Of a stretch of DNA of 54,608 nt, positions 9,092 through 16,834 are shown in pieces. A model generated the notes under the pieces. It was given only the letters and a program-made list of their open reading frames with translations, made no database searches and was not told where the DNA came from. Positions within the stretch are counted from its first letter, which is position 1; every line of letters starts with the position of its first letter. Source of the stretch: a virus; the IMG/VR virus record IMGVR_UViG_3300013383_000035; one strand, given 5' to 3'. A program made the position numbers and the translations under genes.

Positions 9092-9324
9092 GCTGAAACA
9101 TTTGCTGAAACATTTGGTGCAAAATACGCCCAAAAGGCGATTTTTGTACCCATTCTCTCCAATACTTTATCGGAGGCATCTAATTGTATCTCTGCTAATT
9201 AACACACTTTTTGGCGCTTTTTTGATTTTTATATATTATTTGCCACCACAAAATAAACAATTGATTATAGCTTCTTGACAATCAAATATTTAAGTGAGTA
9301 CATTTTATGCTGCTGAAACATTTG
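9092..9324. promoter_or_regulatory. Candidate attP region with three direct copies of GCTGAAACATTTG (arm-type sites)
   Basis: Copies at 9092-9104, 9104-9116 and 9312-9324. The region is directly upstream of int and is AT-rich between the copies. Confidence 0.4.
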
Positions 9325-9437
9325 ATGTCGTTTGTACGATTTTGTACTGCGAGAGCTTTAATTTCGTTAACACTCCAAATTTCACCCCCTTGCAAAGTTC
9401 GATTTTGCTTTATAACTTTGCGACCGAATATAAAGCA

Positions 9438-9694
9438 GCCGCGCTGTCGGGATAGCCTACGGTAGGGCGCGGCGAAGATAAAAACTCGGTTACTATGGGA
9501 TTGTAAGATAGCCGAGACGCCAGACGAAAGACTGAGGCGCTTACATAGCGGCATTGCTACATCAGTCAAGCGAGGACGATTGCCCGTTACCTCGCCCCGG
9601 TATACGCCGACGCCGATAACCCGGACGGGAGTGTTTCCGCGGAATAGTTTGCTCGAGGTTTTGCAGCAACCGACTTTTTCTTGTCGGTTTTTTC
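9438..9694 (+). ncRNA. Candidate structured RNA ending in an intrinsic terminator (family unknown)
   Basis: Stems 9438-9444/9467-9473, 9485-9489/9512-9516 and gcgagg/cctcgc, then terminator aaccgac-loop-gtcggtt plus a T run at 9668-9694. Only one implausible ORF covers the region. Confidence 0.4.
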
Positions 9695-10012
9695 TGCAAA
9701 CCTCCCTTAGGCAGACTATACCCGAACCACCTCGACCTCCTCCCCACCGGGAATGTTTCAGCTTAGAGTCTACTGATGACTCTATGCGTGCGTATGCACG
9801 TGTGCGCGTATATGTGCGCGTAAGCGTCATCAAAACTCTAACTGAAATAATAAAACTCGAAAATTTTTGTCGCGAAAGTTCAAGTTTGACTTTGCGTTTG
9901 GAATAAACACTCGAACATACCCCTATAACGCCCATAAACCGCCCAAATTTCGCGCTAAATAGTCAAGTGGTATAAATTATCATCCGAGGTGTTCAAACGC
10001 CGTGAAAACGGC

Positions 10013-10576
10013 TTATTTCGCCTCGCCTTGTTTTTCGTTTTTTTTCTCGGCACGATATTGCCTCATTTGTTCGCAAATTTCCTTTTTCTTTTGCTTTTCT
10101 TCTTCGGCACGAGGCTTAAAGCGGTTGACGACTCCGACGAAGCCTTCAATAATTTCCAATAGCCGTCCTATTTGGGCATCCTTTTCTTTGTTTTGCGCTA
10201 TAAGAGCATCAATTCTTTTGGACAATAATCTTATTTGCTGATTGCTTGCCGATGTGTTATTTGTAGTCGCGTGATAAGATGCCGACCCGCTTCCACTGTT
10301 TATTGCAGAGTGCGAAATTCCTCCATTGGCGTTAATAACACCGCCATCCGTTATGTCGGGATGTTCGGTTATAAGCATATCTCCATTGCCGGTCTTCAAC
10401 CACTCTATATTAAGAGACGGAAATCGTTGATGGATTTTTTCAAAAGTTTTCGGATAGCTCTTTGCGGTGATACGACTTGCAACGCCGTGTTTCATATCGC
10501 ATTGTTTTTCAAACTGCAACATTGAAAGTCCGAGCGTTGCGGCAAAGTGTTCAAGGCGTTGTTTGACTGCATTCAT
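10013..10576 (-). CDS. CI-like HTH repressor with a C-terminal coiled coil
   Basis: The N-terminus LGLSMLQFEKQCDMKHGVASRI...NIEWLKTGNGDM is typical of the phage CI repressor HTH domain. The gene is divergent from Cro-like genes. Confidence 0.7.
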   Translation of the reverse strand: MNAVKQRLEHFAATLGLSMLQFEKQCDMKHGVASRITAKSYPKTFEKIHQRFPSLNIEWLKTGNGDMLITEHPDITDGGVINANGGISHSAINSGSGSASYHATTNNTSASNQQIRLLSKRIDALIAQNKEKDAQIGRLLEIIEGFVGVVNRFKPRAEEEKQKKKEICEQMRQYRAEKKNEKQGEAK

Positions 10577-10630
10577 TGTTAAATATAGTTAAATATCTGC
10601 ATAAAATTTGGAAACTTGTGATTAGTGTTG

Positions 10631-10638
10631 TAACTTTG
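10631..10638 (+). promoter_or_regulatory. Candidate rightward early promoter -7 box TAACTTTG
   Basis: TAnnTTTG match in the repressor/cro intergenic region. Confidence 0.35.
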
Positions 10639-10768
10639 CCCTCGTAATCGAAACTAACAGGCAAAGCAAAGGCGGACAGCGTGAAAAACGCTATCTCAAT
10701 ATGTTCAAAAGCAAATTTACGCCGTTCACCCGAGCTGACCAAATTATTAACAATCATTAACCGAACTA

Positions 10769-10972
10769 ATGAAACTTACAACAGAAGCAGTAAAAAGTCT
10801 GATGCCGGGACAAACTCTGTCCGTCCGATGCGAAAGTATGGACGAACTAAATGCCGCCCAGCAGCAAGCGTACCGCGGGCGGCGTAAGTTTGGCCGCCAA
10901 GAAGATGTTCGCGTACAGCGCGATTCAAAAACGCTTACGCTTACACTTACTGCGTACTTAAAAGGTGAATGA
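10769..10972 (+). CDS. Hypothetical early protein
   Basis: 67-aa ORF with ATGA overlap with the next ORF. Confidence 0.5.
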   Translation: MKLTTEAVKSLMPGQTLSVRCESMDELNAAQQQAYRGRRKFGRQEDVRVQRDSKTLTLTLTAYLKGE

Positions 10973-11172
10973 TGACGATTTACGAACCTGACATCCGCAA
11001 CAACGCGCTGTTGACGGTCTTGCAGGCCGCAAGGCTGTTAGGCGTAAGCCAACAGACTGTACGCAGAGCATTAAACCGCGGACGAAAGGACGGCGGAATG
11101 GACGCAGCACAACGCTGCCGCCGAGTGAAAGTGTCCGGGGCAGAAGTCAAGCGCTTTTGGCGCGAACACTGA
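10969..11172 (+). CDS. HTH DNA-binding protein (Cro/excisionase-like)
   Basis: LLTVLQAARLLGVSQQTVRRALNRG helix-turn-helix. Confidence 0.6.
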   Translation: MMTIYEPDIRNNALLTVLQAARLLGVSQQTVRRALNRGRKDGGMDAAQRCRRVKVSGAEVKRFWREH

Positions 11173-11725
11173 CAGCCCCAAAGGAGAGGCAACGGCCTAA
11201 CGGTTGCCACGCGGGTACTGCGATAAAGCCTGCTGATGAGCAAACAGTATGGGTAATACCCGAAAGCTCCGCCGAGGTCGGCGCTCCTTACAAACCAAAT
11301 GACGGCTTATAAGTGAACCGACAATCCGGCCGCTACAATACCGAGCGGCACGACATAGGGAGAGGCGAAAGATACCGGAACAGAGCATTAGGCGTTGACT
11401 TGTCCGCCGACAGCATCCGGGGCAAATGTGCGGAGGGTAGCGCCTCCGCGATGACAAACGGCGGCATAAACAGACGTCAACGGCGAGGTACAGCCCTTGC
11501 CGCCGAGGTATTGACAAAGTATTAGAAACATCATTGGTTTCTATATATATAGCCGCAGTTCGCGTAGGCGTTTAGACCCCATCAGAACCTACTGCGGCAC
11601 TAATACACCCCGAAAGGGTGTGCGAAAGGATAGCCGCACACTGAGACATTGCAGGCTGCTTTGGCAGTTGCTATTCGGAAATTTGGGAACGCTATGCGCG
11701 GTTCAACTCCGCGCCGGGGGACAAA
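11173..11725 (+). ncRNA. Large (about 550 nt) GC-rich structured RNA candidate, possibly two RNAs split near 11540. It ends in a T-arm-like hairpin
   Basis: No credible ORF. Many perfect helices are present (ggcaac/gttgcc, gcggagg/cctccgc, cggcggca/tgccgccg, gccgcagt/actgcggc, gtgtgcg/cgcacac), with GAAA tetraloops and gcgcgg-TTCAACT-ccgcgc at 11696-11714. Confidence 0.45.
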
Positions 11726-11746
11726 CCAACTAATAAACAATTAACA

Positions 11747-11965
11747 ATGAAAACATTAATTGCAGCCGCAGCGATACTTGCGTCCGTTTGCGGCTTCTTT
11801 ATGGCTTTCGCCTACGGATGGACAAACCAAAATTACTGGTTTATTCTCGGAGGCTTGGTGCTTATGGTGGCGCCATGGCTTATAGCTGTGTTTATAGGCA
11901 AGTTCGAGGAATTGCGCGACATCGTATTTCCCGGCCCCAATAATAATAATGACGATGATTTGTAG
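11747..11965 (+). CDS. Small membrane protein (two TM helices)
   Basis: 72 aa, MKTLIAAAAILASVCGFFMAF... and LGGLVLMVAPWLIAVFIG. Confidence 0.6.
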   Translation: MKTLIAAAAILASVCGFFMAFAYGWTNQNYWFILGGLVLMVAPWLIAVFIGKFEELRDIVFPGPNNNNDDDL

Positions 11966-12243
11966 ACATTTCGATGTGTTCTTATAATTTTCGACTATTG
12001 CCCGTTTAGAGAAATGGGCGTGTCTCTGTCGAATAGAGATTTGTTTCTCTTTGTTATTTTTTTCCGGCATCGCCCGTGAGGATCGTGTCGGTTTTATCGG
12101 GCATGGCAGACCGCAAACGCCGTTGCGAGGTTGTCTCGCTTGTCGAACATCGGCGTTTGTTCGCGGTGCAACTCCGTAAATGCCCACATATGTTATATTT
12201 TTTTGGACAGGTTAAATGCGATAATTACACGTATGAGCAAAGG

Positions 12244-12385
12244 CTTGACGGTCTGCGAAGATAGTCAAGCGATTACGGAGAATTAAAGCACGGATAGACG
12301 GATGCCCGTGCAAGGCTAACGGCAACTTGACAGTATGCGACCGCAGCCTTTTTCGCTGTCTCGGGTTCGACTCCCGAGTTTTCCA
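12244..12385 (+). ncRNA. Purine-loop hairpin (12244-12269) plus a 109-nt tRNA-like modular RNA (12277-12385)
   Basis: End stem GGAGAAT/GTTTTCC, T-arm tcggg-TTCGACT-cccga and a discriminator-like A. Internal hairpins gcacgg/ccgtgc and aaggct/agcctt replace the D and anticodon arms. Confidence 0.5.
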
Positions 12386-12486
12386 CTAAATTAGAGTTCA
12401 TATAGGGTTTATTTTGTTGGTACGCAATGGGCGGATGTTTTTTCCATAGTTTAGTCCGCCTGCGTACCGTTTTCAAATCTTTAATT

Positions 12487-12909
12487 ATGGGGAAGTCAAC
12501 CGTTACGGAAGCCGAGCTTGCATACATTCGCAAAAATGTTGCGACTAAATCCTCGCGCGAAATGCGTATAGCGCTTGGCTTGCAACACTCTTGGCAACTT
12601 CGTTATCGTGCACGTTTGGCGGGAGTGCGGTTACCCAATCGCATACGCCGCAACGAGCATCTGCAACGCCGTTTCACCCAACAGGAAAAAGAGTGGATTG
12701 CGCTTAATTACAAGCGCGTAAGTATTAACTTTATTCGGCAATTTATGGGTATGAGCTGGCGCGTGCTTTATCGGAATTTACACGCAAACGGATATTCTAA
12801 GCAAAAAACACTGCAAACAGCAGAACGAACATACCAACCAACTAATAATCAACAACAAAATGAAAATCGAAACAAAATTCAATCCAAATCAAACAGTTTA
12901 TTGGCTTGA
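12487..12909 (+). CDS. Hypothetical protein
   Basis: Track ORF 12427-12909. The first ATG is at 12487. Confidence 0.5.
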   Translation: MGKSTVTEAELAYIRKNVATKSSREMRIALGLQHSWQLRYRARLAGVRLPNRIRRNEHLQRRFTQQEKEWIALNYKRVSINFIRQFMGMSWRVLYRNLHANGYSKQKTLQTAERTYQPTNNQQQNENRNKIQSKSNSLLA

Positions 12910-13111
12910 AGAAAGCAAGCTCCGCGGACGTCGGGGCAAAGTACAATGGATAAGCGTTTATCCCGATAGTGTACATTATGCCGTTAATGTTGATGATGGC
13001 GATGGTAACGATAAAACCGTTATCAAATACGAGAACGAACTTTACGGCAGTCTCGAAGACATCTTCAACGCCGTCAAGACACTTTTAGACGGCTTGCGTG
13101 AACAGTTTTGA
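12860..13111 (+). CDS. Hypothetical protein
   Basis: 83-aa ORF. Confidence 0.5.
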   Translation: MKIETKFNPNQTVYWLEESKLRGRRGKVQWISVYPDSVHYAVNVDDGDGNDKTVIKYENELYGSLEDIFNAVKTLLDGLREQF

Positions 13112-13114
13112 GTT

Positions 13115-14068
13115 ATGATAGAGCAGACGATATACGGTTTGCCAAACGGCGAATATCACCGTGGTGAGCCGTACAACGGATACCTAAGCAGCAGCCAATT
13201 AAAAGACTATGCGAAGTCTCCGGCCTACGCCAAATGGCACAGAGAGCATCCCGATGACGAAAGCAATAATGCGGCGCTGGCCTTTGGCTCGCTGTTTCAC
13301 GATTGCCTTGCAGCTCTTGCAAGTGGTCAAGGCTTGGATGCTTGGCTTAGTAGCATAGCCGTGTTCGAGCCGCCCGTAAACGACAAAACGGGACAGGCTT
13401 ACGGCGCAACCACTAAGCGCTACACTGACGCCTATGCGGAATTTATCCTCGCCAATGTAGATAGACCGACCGCATCGAGCGAGGATTTGCAGCTTGTGCG
13501 CGAAATGGCTGCGTCTCTGCTTAACGACCATACCGAGACGGGTAAAGCCGTCTTGAAGATGCTTAAATGGGGTAAGCCCGAAGTAAGCCACTTCGTTGAG
13601 TATAAGTATAAAGGTTGCAAATTCAAATGCCGACCCGACCTCGAAACACGCAAAAAAATTGTGGATTGGAAAACCACAAGCCTTGACACTTTTGATGAAG
13701 ATAGCGTCAACCGCGTAATCTTGAAATACGGCTACCACATTAGCGCCGCAATGTATCAGTGGCTTGTTCACGAGATTACCGGCGAATGGAAGTCTTTTTA
13801 CCTCGTACTGGTGAGTAAGCAAGCCCCGCATGACAGCGTAATCGTCTGTATGGACGATTGGGCATACAGGTACATTTCCGAGGCCGAGTATATAGCCTTA
13901 GGCCCCGGCGCCTACGAGTTTGCCAAACTCCGCGACCTACACATTCAATGTGTCGAAAGTGGAGAATACCCTTCCGCCGAGGTGTTTATCGAAAATAAGG
14001 ACGGACTGCCGATAATGAATATCCAGCCGCCGTCCTACGTTACACGAAAGTATATAGACGAGATATGA
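13115..14068 (+). CDS. PD-(D/E)XK recombination exonuclease (RecE / exonuclease VIII-like)
   Basis: N-terminal GLPNGEYH...YLSSSQLKDYAKSP and KCRPDLETRKKIVDWKTT nuclease core. It is translationally coupled to recT. Confidence 0.7.
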   Translation: MIEQTIYGLPNGEYHRGEPYNGYLSSSQLKDYAKSPAYAKWHREHPDDESNNAALAFGSLFHDCLAALASGQGLDAWLSSIAVFEPPVNDKTGQAYGATTKRYTDAYAEFILANVDRPTASSEDLQLVREMAASLLNDHTETGKAVLKMLKWGKPEVSHFVEYKYKGCKFKCRPDLETRKKIVDWKTTSLDTFDEDSVNRVILKYGYHISAAMYQWLVHEITGEWKSFYLVLVSKQAPHDSVIVCMDDWAYRYISEAEYIALGPGAYEFAKLRDLHIQCVESGEYPSAEVFIENKDGLPIMNIQPPSYVTRKYIDEI

Positions 14069-14982
14069 CAGAAGAAGAAACACAACAGCAAACCGCTGAA
14101 ACGCCGCAAGAGCAGCCGCAAACGCAAGCCGTTGCGACCAAGAAAGATGCTTCGCCAGAGCGCACGGCGGAAGCTATTAAGCGCTTGCCCGCCGAACTAC
14201 AGGGCATACGCAACCTCTTCGCCCAGCCGTGGGAGAGTTTCCGCGCCGCTTTCGCCGATGCCAAAGAGGCCGACCGCACAATGCAGCGCGAAATCACCTA
14301 TGCGGCGCAAGCAATGACCGCAAATAACTACCTAATAGATTGTGCGGCCAAATATCCGCAGGACTTTGTAAACGCACTAAAAAATGTTGCACTTAGCGGC
14401 TTGTCGCTAAATCCGACACTCAAACAAGGCTACCTTGTGCCTTTCAAAGGCCGAGTAACCTTTATGCCGTCCTATATGGGGATGGTTGACTTACTTAGCA
14501 ATAACGGCCATATCAAGAAGATAGAGGCGTTTCTCGTGTTCGAGGGCGATGAGTTCTCAATGACGCACGGTACAAGCGAGAGTCTTATCCACAAGCCGAA
14601 TGCTTGGGGTGAGCGCTCCGAAAAGACGTTATTAGGCGGCTATTGGATTGCCGAACTTGCGGACGGCACTAAATTGTTTGACAATATGACTAAGGCGGAA
14701 ATAGACCAAATTAAGATGCGGTCGCCGTCTGTTGCCGGAAAGAAGTCCTCGCCGTGGGATAGCGACTACCTCGCTATGAGTCGAAAGACAGTATTGCGGC
14801 GCGGTTTCAAGTCTCTGCCAAAGGGTGCAATCAGCGATGACCGCATAAAAGTCATTGAAGCCGTTTTTGATTATGACGAAAAGGCCGAACAAGACTGGGT
14901 TGCACGTCAGAAACAAACGAGCAAACGCACAAACGCCGATTTTGATGAGGATGGCGAAGTGCAATACGAAGAAATAAATTAG
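14065..14982 (+). CDS. recT: RecT single-strand annealing protein
   Basis: 305 aa, LSLNPTLKQGYLVPFKGRVTFMPSYMGMVDL is typical of the RecT family. Confidence 0.8.
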   Translation: MTEEETQQQTAETPQEQPQTQAVATKKDASPERTAEAIKRLPAELQGIRNLFAQPWESFRAAFADAKEADRTMQREITYAAQAMTANNYLIDCAAKYPQDFVNALKNVALSGLSLNPTLKQGYLVPFKGRVTFMPSYMGMVDLLSNNGHIKKIEAFLVFEGDEFSMTHGTSESLIHKPNAWGERSEKTLLGGYWIAELADGTKLFDNMTKAEIDQIKMRSPSVAGKKSSPWDSDYLAMSRKTVLRRGFKSLPKGAISDDRIKVIEAVFDYDEKAEQDWVARQKQTSKRTNADFDEDGEVQYEEIN

Positions 14983-14993
14983 GTTGAAATCCC

Positions 14994-15163
14994 TGCGCAA
15001 GAGAGCGCGAAACAGATAGGCGCGACCCGAAAGGGCGTGTTAATGCTATGTGATTGGGCGTATGGTCTAATGTAAGACGACACGCGTATACAGTTAACAT
15101 CTTTGTCAGATGTTTTTAGTCATAAGCTGTGTGTAGATTCGGGTTCAAGTCCCGATGCGCCTT
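14994..15163 (+). ncRNA. Purine-loop hairpin (14994-15024) overlapping a 146-nt tRNA-like modular RNA (15018-15163)
   Basis: End stem AGGCGCG/TGCGCCT, T-arm tcggg-TTCAAGT-cccga, and internal hairpins ccc-GAAA-ggg, gcgtgt/acacgc, gtct/agac and aacatct/agatgtt. Confidence 0.45.
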
Positions 15164-15211
15164 CAGTTTTTATTTTATATTGTTATAGTTTTTTAGTTTA
15201 GTAGCTTTATT

Positions 15212-15382
15212 ATGAAAGAGTTAATTGCAAAAATCTCGGCGTTGTTTGTGGATTTTTCCTCCAACGCCGTAAAGGCCGAAGCCGGAAATAAATCGGCAGG
15301 CGCTCGCGCCCGCAAGGCTTCCCTCGAAATCGAAAAGACTCTGAAGGAGTTCCGCAAGACATCCGTGCATTACGGAGAGTAA
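15212..15382 (+). CDS. Histone H1-like protein, Hc1 family (56 aa, below the ORF-track cutoff)
   Basis: My own translation is MKELIAKISALFVDFSSNAVKAEAGNKSAGARARKASLEIEKTLKEFRKTSVHYGE. The GNKxAGxRARKAS core is typical of Bacteroidota Hc1-like proteins. Confidence 0.6.
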   Translation: MKELIAKISALFVDFSSNAVKAEAGNKSAGARARKASLEIEKTLKEFRKTSVHYGE

Positions 15383-15397
15383 CACGAAGCTCAAAAC

Positions 15398-15457
15398 GCG
15401 GTGCGATGTTCGTTTGGGATGCCGTCATAGGACAGGTTCGAGACCTGTCGCACCGCC
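15398..15457 (+). ncRNA. 60-nt tRNA-like minihelix RNA
   Basis: Perfect 7-bp end stem GCGGTGC/GCACCGC and T-arm gacagg-TTCGAGA-cctgtc, with only 26 nt in between. It lies 15 nt after the hc1 stop. Confidence 0.4.
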
Positions 15458-15494
15458 AGCGTACTCATATAGATGACTGGTTTATTCAACATCA

Positions 15495-15602
15495 CGCCGC
15501 GCGGTCTGCGAAGATAGCTCGGCGTTATTGGACGCCACGGCGACACCCTTTCTTTTCGACATTTCAAAGGGGTGTTTTGCGGTTCGACTCCGCTTGCGTC
15601 CG
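15495..15602 (+). ncRNA. Purine-loop hairpin (15495-15524) plus a 73-nt tRNA-like modular RNA (15530-15602)
   Basis: End stem GGACGC/GCGTCC and T-arm gcgg-TTCGACT-ccgc. A single long arm acacccttt/aaaggggtgt replaces the D and anticodon arms. Confidence 0.5.
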
Positions 15603-15657
15603 CTTAGACATTTGTATAGTTGTTAGAGAATAAGATATTTGGATTAGTTAGATTTGA

Positions 15658-15693
15658 GATGCCGGGTTCGTGAGAATACGGCGTCTTTTTTTT
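15658..15693 (+). terminator. Intrinsic terminator
   Basis: gatgccg / cggcgtc stem followed by T8. Confidence 0.7.
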
Positions 15694-15906
15694 ACACAAC
15701 CAAGCCTAATAGTTAAAATATTATAAAAGTTTTATTATTGTTGGGTTTGTGTGAAATAAAACGATTAACTTTGAGCATCTAAACGGCGCTTGACCTTAGT
15801 CTTTCGCTGCAAAGATATATAGCGAAAGGTTGTCGCGCCCTTCGGGGTGCGTGAATTGAAACGCGATAAGCAAAGTAGGATTTAATTATCAAATTACCTT
15901 TCGCAA

Positions 15907-15934
15907 GGGGCGGAATAATCTTCTGCCCCTTTTT
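15907..15934 (+). terminator. Intrinsic terminator
   Basis: ggggc / gcccc stem followed by T5. Confidence 0.6.
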
Positions 15935-15942
15935 ATTTGTAA

Positions 15943-15975
15943 ACGGCTGATGCTTTTTGCGTTGGCCGTTTTTTA
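15943..15975 (+). terminator. Intrinsic terminator
   Basis: acggc / gccgt stem followed by a T run. Confidence 0.5.
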
Positions 15976-15996
15976 TTATTTTATATCATATATCAG

Positions 15997-16167
15997 ATGA
16001 AGATACAGGTATCGAAATACTTCCTCGCGAGCATCCTGCGGCACTACGGTACATTGGCCGAGCGCTGCACCGTTCCGCGAGACGACCTTAAAGCCGTCAA
16101 CGCCAAGCGGCTTGCAAACGAAGATTTACGGCGACTTAAACGTATACTACTAAGAGTTGAAAAATGA
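15997..16167 (+). CDS. Small hypothetical protein (56 aa, below the ORF-track cutoff)
   Basis: ATG 15997 with ATGA overlap with the ORF starting at 16164. Confidence 0.4.
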   Translation: MKIQVSKYFLASILRHYGTLAERCTVPRDDLKAVNAKRLANEDLRRLKRILLRVEK

Positions 16168-16472
16168 TTGACATTAGAGATTTGCGCATCGGTTCACACG
16201 TTGCACATAAGCGCTATCCCGACCGCGTATGCCGCATTGAGTGTATAATGCCGTCAAGCGTTTATTTGTCCTATATAGACAGCGGCGTTAGAGTTAAGAT
16301 GTTCAATGTTCCGCTAAGCGATTTAGATCCGCTGGAAATTACCGAGGAGCGGCTTAACACAGCACGAAGCATCACGGGACTGGGGTTGGAAGGATTTCAG
16401 TTGACTGTCGATTGGTTGTCGTTGGAGTCGTTTGTTTGGATTGAATTTGGACAAGAGATTATTGCAGAATGA
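16164..16472 (+). CDS. Hypothetical protein
   Basis: 102-aa ORF coupled to rusA. Confidence 0.55.
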   Translation: MIDIRDLRIGSHVAHKRYPDRVCRIECIMPSSVYLSYIDSGVRVKMFNVPLSDLDPLEITEERLNTARSITGLGLEGFQLTVDWLSLESFVWIEFGQEIIAE

Positions 16473-16834
16473 TTTACGACAAGCAGATTATCCGAGGGCA
16501 GGCGCCAAGCAAATCCAATTCATACCGAATAATCACCCTGCATGGACACGGAAGTTTATGCAAGACCAAACAGACAAAGGCTTACGAGGAAAGTTTCTTT
16601 ATGCAATGCGGTTTGCGTGGTCTGATGATAGAGCAACGCTTCAAATTAGATATTGACGTCTATTTTGCATCTGACCGCCCAGATTTGGATAATGCGTTGA
16701 AAATCACGCTTGACTGTTTACAGTCTGTCAAGGCAATAAAAAACGATAGGTACTGCGCCGAAATACACGCACGCAAGCTGATAGACAAAGAAAATCCGCG
16801 TATTGAGTTCGCAATCGAAACACTGACAGAATGA
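16469..16834 (+). CDS. rusA: RusA-family Holliday junction resolvase
   Basis: GQAPSKSNSYRI ... DIDVYFASDRPDLDNALKITLDCLQ is typical of RusA. Confidence 0.8.
   Translation: MIYDKQIIRGQAPSKSNSYRIITLHGHGSLCKTKQTKAYEESFFMQCGLRGLMIEQRFKLDIDVYFASDRPDLDNALKITLDCLQSVKAIKNDRYCAEIHARKLIDKENPRIEFAIETLTE

Noticed and set aside
9282-9935. 217-aa minus-strand ORF filling the int-repressor gap
   Set aside because: The translation is Arg/Ser/Gly-rich low-complexity sequence with no protein-like pattern. The opposite strand has helix-rich sequence ending in a clean terminator. I treated the region as non-coding.
11232-11266. Hammerhead-ribozyme-like words CTGATGAG ... CGAAAG
   Set aside because: The sequence between them cannot form a proper stem II adjacent to the core (9 unpaired nt intervene). 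No matching stems I/III or cleavage-site context could be drawn either.
11696-11721. T-arm plus CGGGGGA as the 3' end of a tRNA or tmRNA
   Set aside because: There is no complementary 5' acceptor strand and no anticodon or D arm within a plausible distance. I kept it only as part of the large RNA candidate.
13199-13831. 210-aa minus-strand ORF
   Set aside because: It lies antisense within the RecE-like exonuclease gene, which has recognisable motifs and is coupled to recT.
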